Of a stretch of DNA of 64,000 nt, positions 26,650 to 37,673 are shown piece by piece. The position numbers and the translations under genes are program-made. The notes beneath the pieces were generated by a model that was not told the origin of the DNA, did no database searches, and worked only from the letters and a program-made list of their open reading frames with translations. Origin of the DNA: Chrysemys picta bellii (lineage: Eukaryota); NCBI RefSeq assembly GCF_011386835.1, contig NC_088791.1:88598001-88662000 (forward strand), read 5' to 3'. Within the stretch, counting starts at the first letter, position 1. Every line of letters starts with the position of its first letter.

Positions 26650-28215
26650 TTCCTAGTGATTATTGCCAGCTTCAAGAAGATAAAGTCAAGGTTACAAGGT
26701 GGGGCTTGTGTGGCCCTTAACTCTGAATAGACTGGTTTTCAGATGTTTAATTTGTGTTACATTTATGTTACATTGTGTTAAATCTTTATTTACTGGTTTT
26801 CAGAGGTTTAAGTGTCAGTGCATTTGACATTCTAGAAGGGTATAAAACACTGCTGGTCAATCTTAGTTTGTATTAACAATGTTTTGGGGTAGTAAATTTC
26901 CTTGTGTCTTTTGGGGAATTGGTGATAGTGAGGGTGCATGACTGAGGGGCACCTGTGATGGAGGAGGGGAATGAGGTTGTGCTTGGGAATACTTCACTGC
27001 CATTCATCTATCAGTTTTGGCCTCCATTTGGTCCCTCATTCCCCTTACAGAGTTGGAGAGAGAAAGGAGAGGAGGGATGGTGGTAGCCAATAATAAGGAG
27101 AGGAGACCCAGACTTCTTTCTGCACTTTGGGGCACTTTTATAATGAGCTATTTTGGGGGGGGGAGGGGGGGAGATGGGCTGTATCTCAGAAAGCCCTGGG
27201 CCAAGTGATTTTGAATTTGTGACACAAACACTACCGGGATTTCCGTTGCACACCTGGGCACGACTTTCCATTCCTCAGCTACCAGGTTGCACCTTCTTCT
27301 GTTCCCTCAATGTCCCTAGTAAGCTTCAAGGGGCCATGAGTAGGAGGGAAGGTGGTGTTGGTGGTGGGGTGAGAAATGCATGTACTAACTGGAGGCAGGA
27401 TGTGGGAGTAGGCTGGAGGTCCAAAATCCCTACCTTAAAATCTGGGTGTAATGCTTGGGGAAGGGGCTCTATAACCATTCTGCATCATAGAACATTCAGA
27501 GGTATGTGAAGAAGTCCATTTATCTCAATGGGATTTTTCTCTGAGGAATGGGAGCACCTCATGATTATGAATGAAGCCTGAAGCAGTAGCTTTGAGATAT
27601 GTGAGCTGTTCTATCCATCTCAGTGGTTCCTCTCTGCACTGGAAGTTAAAACCACTAGAAAATGTTAGCAGCTCTTTTTTTTTTTTTAAATGAGGAAGAG
27701 CACCCTTCGAAGTAACCCCTAATTTACCCCATTATCTCTATCCCTGGTTGTCATGAGGCACAGTGATTTTCAAAACAACCTAAGCATGCAAGTGGAATTT
27801 AGAACACTTGGAATTTTGGTTCTTCTTCGAGTGCTTGCTCATATCCATTCCATTAGGTGTGTGCGCGCCGCGTGCACGATCGTCGGAAGATTTTCTACCC
27901 TAGCAACACCGGCGGGTCGGCTGTGGAGCCCCCTAGAGTGGCGCCTTCATGGCGCTGAATATATACCCCAGCCGACCCGGCGCCCCCTCAGTTCCTTCTT
28001 ACCGCCCCTGACGGTCGTTGGAACTGTGGAGCGCTGCTTAGCTGTTCTCCACTCTCCCTAGCTTAGTTAGTCATTCGCAGTTATAGTTATAGTTGTAGTT
28101 CTAGTGTTTATAGTTAAATAGTTAAATAGTTTAAAGTTGTTTTGGTTGTTATTGTAGTTCAGGGGATTAGGGGGGTCGTCTCCCCCCTTTCTCCCCCGAC
28201 CGCGGGGCCGGGCTC

Positions 28216-30740
28216 ATGCCCAACGCTCCCGGCTTCAAGCAGTGCGCCTCCTGCGCTAAGCCTATGCCCACGAGCGACCCGCACGACTCCTGTCTGAAGT
28301 GCCTGGGAGAGTCCCATCAAACAGATAAGTGCAAGATCTGTAAGGCCTTCAGACCAAGGACCAAGAAGGAGCGGGACTTTCGGCTCCGGCAACTCCTGAT
28401 GGAGGCGGCACTTAGTCCGGACGCTCCATCTACAAGTCAGGCCCCGGCACCTAGCGCCTCGGTGCGCAGTGCCCCGGCGGCACCGGCTATGACGACCACG
28501 CGAGTGGCGTCGGACAAGCCTCCCCGGCACCGAACCTCGTCGGCACCGCAAGTACAGCAAGTGCCTCGGCGCCGGTCATTATCCCTGGGGCATAAAAAAG
28601 CCCATAAGACGGGGACCTCCGTGCCGAAGACGCCGGCTCCCCCAGTAACCGGGGGTAGAGCCGCGTCCACCGGTGGAGCACCGGAAACAGGTGCCTCCAG
28701 CACCGTCGACTCCGGCGCCGAGGCCGTTGAGTCCGGTGCAGATAGCGTCTCCACCGAGGCCGGCGGTGATACAGTGCCTCCCGTCGACTCCAGAGACCTT
28801 CGCGGCGGCGAGAGACTTAATAGCTCTCACGGAGCCGGCACCGCCCCAACCACCGGCACCGACGGCACCGTTGACTCGCCCGGTCCAGTCGAGGGGGAAA
28901 CCTGCCTTGATGCGCCCTCCATCGCAAGGGCTGGAACCTCGGCACCGATCCAGGTCCCGAAGCAGGTCCCCACGCCGCTCGCAGTCCCGGCACCGAATAT
29001 CGCCTCGGCACCGGTTGTACTCGCGGCCAAGATCTTCTTCGCGGCACCGCTCTACGTCTCGGCACCGCTATGATCGTCGGCACCGATCAACGTCGAGACG
29101 TAGTTCTCGGCACCGCTACGGTCGACGCTTGACGTCGAGAGGCCGCTCCCGGCACCGGGCATACTCCAGGTCCTCGTCGAGGTCCAGATCCGACTCCCGG
29201 CACCGACGAGGTCATCGGCACCGGTCGCGGTCCCGGCACCGATCGCCGGCACCGCGTAGAGATAGATCATCTCCGGACCGGCACCGTGCGGCACCGCAGC
29301 CCACAGGAATCGCCTCGACGCTCTCGGCACCGCCGTGGCCATCGAGATCGGTGTCCCGCTCCTCGGAGGACCTCTCGAGATCGGCATACCCCCCTCAGGG
29401 GCAAGCCGAGGAACAGGACTTGGGACATTGGCAGGACACGACAGAGGACCATTCTCATGGCCCATCTCACTGGTCGTTTTGGACCCCGTGGGCGTACCAT
29501 CAGGCGCAAGGGGCTCCAATTGCTTCGACCTCTCGCTCCGGTCACTCCGTCAGAAGGGCCCCGGAGTCCACCATTTCTCGGCCTCCGCCAGGGGGCATGG
29601 AGGCTTCTGTGTCCGCACCACCTGACGCCCTGGACCCAGGCGCAGGTGATGCTCCAGCCCAGGAACAGGGAGAACAGGACCAGCCCTTGGATCCTGTTCC
29701 ACCGGAGGCATCTTCCTCTTCTTCTCCGGATGAGGCAGTGGCGGGCACATCGTGCACAGGCCCACCTCCAATAGATCTTCGGGCTCACCAGGATCTTCTG
29801 CGCAGGATGGCCCGTAACATGGACCTGCAGGCGGAGGAGATAGTGGAGGTGCACGACCCGATCGTGAATATCCTCGGAGCGGATGCCCCATCGAGGGTGG
29901 CGTTACCCCTGATCCGCACGATACAGGCCAATGCTTCTACGATATGGCAGACTCCTGCCTCTATCCCGCCCACAGCGAGAGGGGTGGAAAGGAAATACTT
30001 TGTCCCGTCTAAAGACTACGGGTACTTGTATACCCACCCCCAACCGTGTTCACTGGTGGTGGCATCAGTGAACGCAAGGGAGCGCCACGGTCAGCAGGCC
30101 GCAGCGCCCAAATCAAAGGAGGCTAAGCGCCTCGATTTATTCGGCCGTAAAGTTTACTCAGCCGGAGGGCTGCAACTCAGAGCGGCTAACCAGCAGGCGC
30201 TCTTGAGCCGCTATAGCTTTAACTCCTGGAACTCTATGGGGAAGTTTAAGGAGTTGGTTCCCCAAGAGTCCAGAGAGGAGTTTGGAGCCCTGGTAGAGGA
30301 GGGTAAGAAGGTGGCTCGGACCTCCTTACAGGCCTCCTTAGACATAGCGGACTCTGCTGCGAGAACCCTGGCCTCAGGTATCGCTATGCGGAGGATCTCC
30401 TGGCTCCAGGTTTCGGGTCTGCCTCAGGAACTGCAGCAAACCCTGCAGGATCTACCCTTCGAAGGTCAAGGGTTGTTTTCTGAAAAGACGGACTCTCGCC
30501 TGCAGAGCCTCAAGGACTCCAGGACGATCATGCGTTCCTTGGGGATGCATGTTGTGGGCCCTCAGCGCAGGCCATTTAGACCGCAGCCTCAGCGCTTCTA
30601 CCCCCCCCCCCCCGCCTCGTCAGAGACAGGACTCAGCCCGGAGGCGAGGGCGAGGTGGTAGAAGAAGGTGGACCGGCCCTCAACCTGGTCAGAACCAGGG
30701 GCCACCTAGACCACCTTCAGGCCCCAGGCAGAACTTTTGA
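28216..30740 (+). CDS. DIRS ORF1 (Gag-like: Cys/His zinc finger, RS-rich region, LAP2alpha-like C-terminal domain); two homopolymer frameshifts
   Basis: C..C.......DPH..CLKCLG..H....C..C at the N-terminus; continues in frame 28673-30661 after the G-run 28651-28655 and in frame 30549-30740 after the 13-C run 30601-30613. Confidence 0.85.
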
Positions 30741-32712
30741 AGGTGCGGTCGAGGACGGCGCCCCAGTCATCCCCCAGGATCCAGCCCCCTCCTTTCGGGA
30801 TCGCCTCTCCCACTTCCACCGTGTTTGGTGCCTTATAACTTCGGACCGTTGGGTCCTTCGCACGGTGGAGAGGGGATACGCTATCCAGTTTTCTTCAATC
30901 CCCCCCTCCCACCCCCCTTCCCCGTCCCTCTTCAGGGACCCTTCTCACGAGCAACTTCTTATACAGGAAGTTTCTACGCTCCTCGCTATGGGGGCCATAG
31001 AGGAGGTTCCAGTGGAGTTAAGGGGCAGGGGATTCTATTCCCGTTACTTCCTCATTCCCAAGTCCAAAGGAGGTCTGCGACCCATCTTGGACTTGCGCGG
31101 ACTCAACAAATTCGTAGTAAAGTTGAAGTTCCGCATGGTCTCTCTGGGGGCCATTATCCCTTCCCTCGATCCTGGAGACTGGTTCGCCGCCCTCGACATG
31201 AAAGACGCATACTTTCACATTGCTATTTACCCGCCTCACAGACGCTTCCTGCGATTCGTGGTAAACAGGGTGCACTACCAATTTGCAGTCCTTCCCTTCG
31301 GCCTATCCTCGGCCCCACGGGTGTTCACGAAATGTATGGCTGTCGTGGCAGCGTACCTTCGTCGGCAAGGGATACAGGTGTTCCCGTACCTAGACGACTG
31401 GCTGGTGCGCGGTCGCACCAAAGAACAAGTTCGAGATCACGTCCACATAATAGTGCACACATTCAACAAGTTGGGTATCCTACTCAACAAGGACAAATCC
31501 ACTCTAGAACCTACCCAGAGAATAGAATTCATCGGCGCGGTTCTAGACTCCAGACGCGCACAAGCCATCCTGCCAGACAATCGCTTTTGCACCATCACGA
31601 GCCTCATTCAAGGACTCAAGGCCTTCCCAACTACCACGGTGAGGTCGTGCCTTACCCTGCTGGGTCACATGGCTTTCTGCACGTACGTAACCAGGCATGC
31701 CAGACTTCGGCTTCGCCCACTCCAGACCTGGGTGTCATCAATATACCGCCCACATCGGGACAGCCTGAACATGGTGGTCACAGTCCCGAACTCGGTCCTG
31801 ACCTCCCTCACATGGTGGCTAGATCACAATGTGGTTTGCGAAGGGATGCCGTTTCACGCCCCACAACCCTCTCTGCATCTGGTCACAGACGCTTCATCTC
31901 TGGGTTGGGGCGCCCATCTCAACGAGCACCATACCCAGGGCGTGTGGACTGCACCCCAGCTAGCCCTGCACATCAATGTTCGGGAACTGATGGCGGTGCG
32001 CCTGGCGTGCCAGGCATTTCTCAATCTCCTACGTGGCCGCTGTGTGTTAGTTCTCATCGACAACACCACGGCCATGTTTTACATCAACAAGCAAGGAGGA
32101 GCACGTTCGTCAATTCTATGCCAAGAGGCCATTCGCCTGTGGGACTTCTGCATCGCCCACTCAATCCTTCTCACGGCATCGTTCCTCCCTGGAGTCCAGA
32201 ACACTTTAGCGGACCGACTCAGCAGGTCCTTTCAAACACACGAGTGGTCTATCCGTCCGGACATCATACATTCCGTTTTCCAGAAGTGGGGGTTTCCCCA
32301 GATAGACCTGTTTGCATCTCGAGACAACAGGAAGTGCCACGTGTTCTGCTCCCTGCAAGGTCGAGCTCCGGGCTCCCTCTCGGATGCGTTTCTCCTTCCC
32401 TGGAAAGACCACCTGTTTTATGCCTTCCCTCCGTTTCCTCTGGTCCACAAGGTACTGCTCAAATTGCGCAGAGACCAGGCACAGGTGATTCTGATCGCCC
32501 CAGCGTGGCCGAGACAACATTGGTACACCACACTGTTGGAACTCTCGGTTCAGACACCGATCCCGCTTCCATTATGTCCAGATCTCATCTCTCAGGACCA
32601 CGGCCGGCTGCGTCACCCCGACCTGCAATCGCTCCACCTCACGGCGTGGTTGCTCCATGGTTCACCCAGGCAGAGCAACAATGCTCGCACTCGGTCCAAC
32701 AGATTCTGCTGA
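30655..32712 (+). CDS. DIRS ORF2: RT - RNase H - DNA adenine methyltransferase-like domain, uninterrupted
   Basis: YSRYFLIPK, LDMKDAYFHI, LPFGLSSAP, YLDD, TDAS..GWGA, HINVRELMA, DNTTA, DRLSR, IDLFAS, YAFPPF. The true start is uncertain. Confidence 0.95.
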   Translation: MVEEGGPALNLVRTRGHLDHLQAPGRTFEGAVEDGAPVIPQDPAPSFRDRLSHFHRVWCLITSDRWVLRTVERGYAIQFSSIPPSHPPSPSLFRDPSHEQLLIQEVSTLLAMGAIEEVPVELRGRGFYSRYFLIPKSKGGLRPILDLRGLNKFVVKLKFRMVSLGAIIPSLDPGDWFAALDMKDAYFHIAIYPPHRRFLRFVVNRVHYQFAVLPFGLSSAPRVFTKCMAVVAAYLRRQGIQVFPYLDDWLVRGRTKEQVRDHVHIIVHTFNKLGILLNKDKSTLEPTQRIEFIGAVLDSRRAQAILPDNRFCTITSLIQGLKAFPTTTVRSCLTLLGHMAFCTYVTRHARLRLRPLQTWVSSIYRPHRDSLNMVVTVPNSVLTSLTWWLDHNVVCEGMPFHAPQPSLHLVTDASSLGWGAHLNEHHTQGVWTAPQLALHINVRELMAVRLACQAFLNLLRGRCVLVLIDNTTAMFYINKQGGARSSILCQEAIRLWDFCIAHSILLTASFLPGVQNTLADRLSRSFQTHEWSIRPDIIHSVFQKWGFPQIDLFASRDNRKCHVFCSLQGRAPGSLSDAFLLPWKDHLFYAFPPFPLVHKVLLKLRRDQAQVILIAPAWPRQHWYTTLLELSVQTPIPLPLCPDLISQDHGRLRHPDLQSLHLTAWLLHGSPRQSNNARTRSNRFC

Positions 32713-33713
32713 GCAGTAGGAAGCCTTCAACACGGACCACATACTTGGCCAAGTGGAAGCGGTTCTCCTGTTGGTGCGAACAACGAGCCACGTCCCCGTT
32801 ACAGGCACCTATTCCTCTCATATTGGAATATCTCCTCTCCCTAAAACAGCAAGGGTTGGCGATATCTTCAATTAGAGTTCACCTGGCCGCTATATCAGCC
32901 TTTCACCCAGGAGAACTCGCGTCCTCGGTATTCTCTAACCCGATGGTCGTTAGATTCCTCAAGGGCTTAGACCGGATGTACCCACAACAACGTCAGCCCG
33001 TTCCGACGTGGGACCTCAACCTGGTTCTCTCCAAGCTCACAGGTCCTCCATTCGAGCCACTGGCCACCTGTTCACTTTTGTACCTATCCTGGAAGACAGC
33101 CTTCCTCGTAGCCATCACCTCAGCAAGGCGCGTTTCTGAACTCAGGGCGCTTACATCCGAGCCCCCTTACACAGTTTTCCATAAGGATAAAGTGCAGCTT
33201 CGTCCACATCCTGCCTTTCTCCCTAAGGTGGTTTCCCCTTTTCATATCAACCAGGATATATTTCTCCCGGTCTTTCATCCTAAACCACATGCCACTCGCC
33301 AGGATCAACGTTTGCATTCTCTGGACGTACGCAGGGCCCTGGCCTTCTATATTGACCGCACAAGGCACTTTAGAAAGACGACGCAACTCTTCGTTGCAGT
33401 GGCCGACCGAATGAAAGGCTCACCGGTCTCCTCACAACGCCTATCCTCCTGGATTACGTCTTGCATCCGGACTTGCTATGACCTGGCAGGTGTCTCAGCA
33501 CCGCACCTCACCGCTCACTCCACGAGGGCCCAAGCTTCCTCGACGGCTTTCCTGGCGCAAGTTCCGATCCAGGACATTTGTAGAGCTGCGGTTTGGTCAT
33601 CAGTCCACACGTTTACAGAGCACTATGCACTAGTGCAGCAGTCCAGGGACGATGCTGCCTTCGGATCAGCGGTTTTGCACACAGCAATGTCTCACTCCGA
33701 CCCCACCACCTAA
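30825..33713 (+). CDS. DIRS ORF3: tyrosine recombinase (long N-terminal overlap with ORF2), uninterrupted
   Basis: ITSARRVSEL (R), AHSTR (H-x-x-R), WSS, FTEHY (Y) in the C-terminal ~350 aa. Confidence 0.93.
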   Translation: MVPYNFGPLGPSHGGEGIRYPVFFNPPLPPPFPVPLQGPFSRATSYTGSFYAPRYGGHRGGSSGVKGQGILFPLLPHSQVQRRSATHLGLARTQQIRSKVEVPHGLSGGHYPFPRSWRLVRRPRHERRILSHCYLPASQTLPAIRGKQGALPICSPSLRPILGPTGVHEMYGCRGSVPSSARDTGVPVPRRLAGARSHQRTSSRSRPHNSAHIQQVGYPTQQGQIHSRTYPENRIHRRGSRLQTRTSHPARQSLLHHHEPHSRTQGLPNYHGEVVPYPAGSHGFLHVRNQACQTSASPTPDLGVINIPPTSGQPEHGGHSPELGPDLPHMVARSQCGLRRDAVSRPTTLSASGHRRFISGLGRPSQRAPYPGRVDCTPASPAHQCSGTDGGAPGVPGISQSPTWPLCVSSHRQHHGHVLHQQARRSTFVNSMPRGHSPVGLLHRPLNPSHGIVPPWSPEHFSGPTQQVLSNTRVVYPSGHHTFRFPEVGVSPDRPVCISRQQEVPRVLLPARSSSGLPLGCVSPSLERPPVLCLPSVSSGPQGTAQIAQRPGTGDSDRPSVAETTLVHHTVGTLGSDTDPASIMSRSHLSGPRPAASPRPAIAPPHGVVAPWFTQAEQQCSHSVQQILLSSRKPSTRTTYLAKWKRFSCWCEQRATSPLQAPIPLILEYLLSLKQQGLAISSIRVHLAAISAFHPGELASSVFSNPMVVRFLKGLDRMYPQQRQPVPTWDLNLVLSKLTGPPFEPLATCSLLYLSWKTAFLVAITSARRVSELRALTSEPPYTVFHKDKVQLRPHPAFLPKVVSPFHINQDIFLPVFHPKPHATRQDQRLHSLDVRRALAFYIDRTRHFRKTTQLFVAVADRMKGSPVSSQRLSSWITSCIRTCYDLAGVSAPHLTAHSTRAQASSTAFLAQVPIQDICRAAVWSSVHTFTEHYALVQQSRDDAAFGSAVLHTAMSHSDPTT

Positions 33714-34246
33714 GTTGGGCTTGGGAGTCACCTAATGGAATGGATATGAGCAAGCACTCGAAGAAGAAAAGACGGTTACTCACCGTTGTAACTGTTGTTC
33801 TTCGAGATGTGTTGCTCATATCCATTCCAAACCCGCCCCCCGTCCCCACTGTCGGAGTAGCCGGCAAGAAGGAACTGAGGGGGCGCCGGGTCGGCTGAGG
33901 TATATATTCAGCGCCATGAAGGCGCCACTCTAGGGGGCTCCACAGCCGACCCGCCGGTGTTGCTAGGGTAGAAAATCTTCCGACGATCGTGCACGTGGCG
34001 CGCACACACCTAATGGAATGGATATGAGCAACACATCTCGAAGAACAACAGTTACAACGGTGAGTAACCGTCTTTTCTTAAATAAAATAAAAGGTTTGCA
34101 GAACTGATGAATGGGGAAGACAACCTTTCTCTACCTTTCTGGAGAGGTGGCTTTAACACTAGGGCTTCAGATCACCAAGATGACAATTCTGCTAATTATG
34201 CAAAAGACATTGCTGATTATCCTGTGGAAGCTGCATACCCTGAATA

Positions 34247-34383
34247 AAAATAATGAGGAGTCCCTGTGGCACCTTAGAGACTAACAAATTTATTTGGGCA
34301 TAAGCTTTCATAAATTTGTTAGTCTCTAAGGTGCCACAAGGACTCCTCATTGTTTTTGCTGATACAGACTAATACGGCTACCA
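34247..34383. mobile_element. Second palindromic mini-PLE insertion
   Basis: 47-bp arms 34247-34293 and 34310-34356 around a loop containing GCATAAGCTTTC; ends in the pLTR terminus GACTAATACGGCTACCA; 7-bp TSD CTGAATA (34240-34246, 34384-34390). Confidence 0.82.
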
Positions 34384-36683
34384 CTGAATAGTTCCCAGTT
34401 AGTTGGGGGGCAATTTGTCAGTTAGTCCAGGGCACATGTACTTGTATTGGAAGGCAATATGTCAGTGGTTGCAGGGGCTCATAATCAAGGTGTGAAATGT
34501 GCTCAAGATCATGTGAGTGATTTGAATTGTTGGGTCTCTTGAACTGTGTAGGAGCTATATATTGAACAGGTATGTCCATTCTGTACCCTCCCAACTGCTG
34601 AATTAATTAATAGAAAATACTAACACTCAGTAATGAACCAAGCATGAGTGGATCATAGTGACTGTTTCCTGGGTATTGGGGGCATGCAAAGTGTATATAA
34701 ACTTTAGGACTTTTCAGGTGTAGGAAGGAAGGAACTTTCAATGGCACAGAATTATTAATAGGTACCCATAATCATGATTCTCTGAGACACTGCATACCCC
34801 TTGTTTCCCTAAGGCATGAAACCATATCTTAACTACACAGACTCTGACTAGCAGCAGTTGAATTATACACTCAGAAGACACAGGAAGGCAGAGCATGCAC
34901 TGAAGCTTAAAGTAAAGTGGGGTTTCTGGAACACTACAATGATGGAAATTCAGAAATTAGGGCATCAGGGAGGTTTCCCTTTAATGTTTTACCCAGCAAT
35001 TGTGAAAGCAAGGGTGAGGTGTTTAACAGACTATGGATTGATGTGGTGTTTGGATTCTCATTGCAAAATATACACAGCTGGATAGACAAGAAATGTCACT
35101 GGATATTGTGAAGTCTGTCAGCACCAGGCAAGCAAACCTAATCAGAGATAATTTCACACCAATCTTGCTAGGTCCAGTGATATAAGAGATGAATGAAACT
35201 GAGCTTTGAAATACTGTAGGTGTTTCTGATGTTGGTTTGATTCATGCAAAGACTTTCTTTTTATCATCTTGAATGTAATATTATGAATTGATATGCTTTT
35301 GGGTGAGAGAAATTATGGAACAATGATAATGCAAAGAGAGAAATACAGTACTGCAAGCAAACACCTTTATTTGACTCAAAACAACTGATCAGCTGCAATA
35401 AAACAAAAATCCATATATAAAACATTATTTAGGGACAATTAACTGGAAATGCGTGTCCTGTGGCTTTCCATTCTTTTTTTCCTGGTAACTGGCAGGGTGG
35501 AATTGAAACAGAATTGAGACAAAAACAAACAAAAAACGTAGAATCATCTGATTTTGATATGATAGGACATACATGATGTTGCTCTTCAAAGTCACGGTCA
35601 GCATTCTGACTGATAATTTCATGCTGTTTTTTTCCGGATTTTAATGTAATCAACGGATCGTCTCACCCTTTCCCACATCAGCTGCAGCAGGGATAGTTGT
35701 TTAGCTTGTATATGGAGGCCAGGCAGGGGGCGGGAGGAAAGGAGAGGAGAAACAAAGCCCTTGTTTTTTTAGCAGGCAGTCACTCTGCAGCCACTTAAAA
35801 TCAGCACTGAAAATGTATTGTTAATACAGAAAAAATACCAGGCATTCAGAATCTGACTATTTTTGAGCGGATGAAAACAATATAGCCTTCTGGAACACGT
35901 GAATGCTCCTGCTCTTTTAAATACATGTGTATTACATTAATTCTCCATGTTGCAGCTTTAGAAAATGGCGGCGAACGCTGGCGAGAAAACAGGGGTAGAA
36001 TATTATGTGGCAGAAGCTGATTGGTCGGAATTTGCTGCAGACTCAAAAGAGCTGAATAAGGCTGCTACAATTATGTAAATCAGATCACCAGCAATATTCG
36101 CTTCAGGAGAAATGCTGCCTTCGCGCTGTACCCTGTATTGGTCCATTTAAACTATGTGGAAACGTCAGCAGGGTCAACAAAATGTTTTAGAGAGAAGGGG
36201 CGAGAAAGTGTTCGCTTTCAATTGGTCGGCTTGTAAACAGCTTCATCAGTCCACCAGAAAACGAGAGACGAGGGAGAAACAACAATAATACAAACTGTTT
36301 GAAATCAGTTCTTGTGTTAATGTAGCTACCGAGACATCCAGTATTGTCGGGAATGGGTTTCCATTGCAGTTATAATTATAATAATCATAGGTTTCAATAT
36401 CCTAAATTGGACATTATTTTCTCTGAAACTATTCTAGAAATGTGAACTGCGAGTTTATTGCACGTTGGGGGAGTCTAAACTGACCCAGAGACAACGGAAT
36501 GTTGGAGGGTGGGGGAGAAGCAAAGGGAACAGTGCCAATAACCTGCCTGTTTACTTTAGTTTTTAATGAGGTCTGAATTCCAGGAATATAAAGAGAGGCA
36601 TTGCAGGCCTATACGCATTAAGAGTTTTTCTGTGTATTTTGATAGTTATAATTTGTACAAAACTGACTTTGTATTTTGATTCA

Positions 36684-36926
36684 CAGTTTGGTCGTGGTGG
36701 GGTAGTTCGGGAGTAGGGAAAGGAGCTGCTAAATGCCTCAGAAAGGTGCTGAGAGCAGCTACGCGAATGATCTATGAAGAGACCCCTGCGGTGCTCAAGG
36801 TTTTCATTCAGGATGCAGTCAGTCGCCTATATTCAGTATGCCAAGCAAAAAAACGGTGACGGCCGTGCACGTGGTCTATGGCTGCCTTAAAGCGCCAGGG
36901 ACACACACTATGGATTTGAAGGTTAA
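36684..36926 (+). pseudogene. H4: Histone H4 pseudogene
   Basis: GGTCGTGGT...AAGGAGCTGCTAAATGCCTCAGAAAGGTGCTGAGAG, ATCTATGAAGAGACC...GTGCTCAAGGTTTTC, GTGGTCTATG...AAGCGCCAGGG...TATGGATTTGAAGGTTAA; internal deletion; Site II/TATA relic at 36560-36598; stem-loop relic ~36955-36968. Confidence 0.9.
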
Positions 36927-37234
36927 AATCATTTTGGTAACAACATTTACAAACACAAAGGCTTTTTTGTGTTGTAGGGCCTATATATATATATAGTTTA
37001 GTTATAGTTATACATAAATGCTCAGATATAAAATCTAGTTCTATTTAAGAATTATGGAAAGGCTATCCAGAGAGATTAATTTTAACCAAAAGTTGTATAT
37101 CTGAATTTAAAAGTCAAAATGTTTTAAAGAAAATGGGTAAAAATTCTAATCTTACCAATACCACAAATTTAAACTGTCTGTAGTTACATTTTTATTTTGC
37201 ATTATAGTTAAGTTAGGCATGTTTTAACATTTAA

Positions 37235-37673
37235 AGTTTAGAAAATATGCCAGGGAGTGAGTGAGAGATTCAAGAAGCTCAATCTATTTAGTTTAACAAA
37301 GAGGAAGTTAAGGGGTGGCTTGATTATGGTCTATAAGTACCTACCTGGGAAAAATATTTAATAATGGACTCTTCAGTCTATCAGAGAAGGGTGTAACACA
37401 ATCCAATGACTGGAAGTTGAAGCTAGATAAATTCAGTCTGGAAATAAGGGTTACATTTTAAACCATGAGTGTAATTAATCATTAGAACAATTTAGCAAGA
37501 GTAATGGTGGATTCTCCATCAGTGACAAATTTAAAATCAAGATTGTATTTCCCCCCCGCCCAAACATATGTTCTAGGGATTATTTTGGGGAAGTTCAATG
37601 GCCTGTGTTCTACAGGAAGTGAATTAGATTACCACAATGTTCCCTTCAGGTCTTAGAACCTATGAATCTATGA
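37235..37673 (+). mobile_element. Old CR1 3' fragment
   Basis: LNLFSLTKRKLRG...YKYL...WKLKLDKFSLEIR; ends in (A/C)CTATGAATCTATGA. Confidence 0.85.

Larger units (their letters stand above)
27820..34079 (+). mobile_element. Near-intact DIRS1-type tyrosine-recombinase retrotransposon
   Basis: Inverted terminal repeats (~27820-28005 and ~33862-34030, 3 mismatches seen), internal complementary region ~33730-33830, right extension, three overlapping ORFs; TTCTT at both junctions. Confidence 0.97.

Noticed and set aside
30825-32712. ~1.9 kb dual-coding overlap of ORF2 and ORF3
   Set aside because: Real, but a standard property of DIRS1 elements and not novel.
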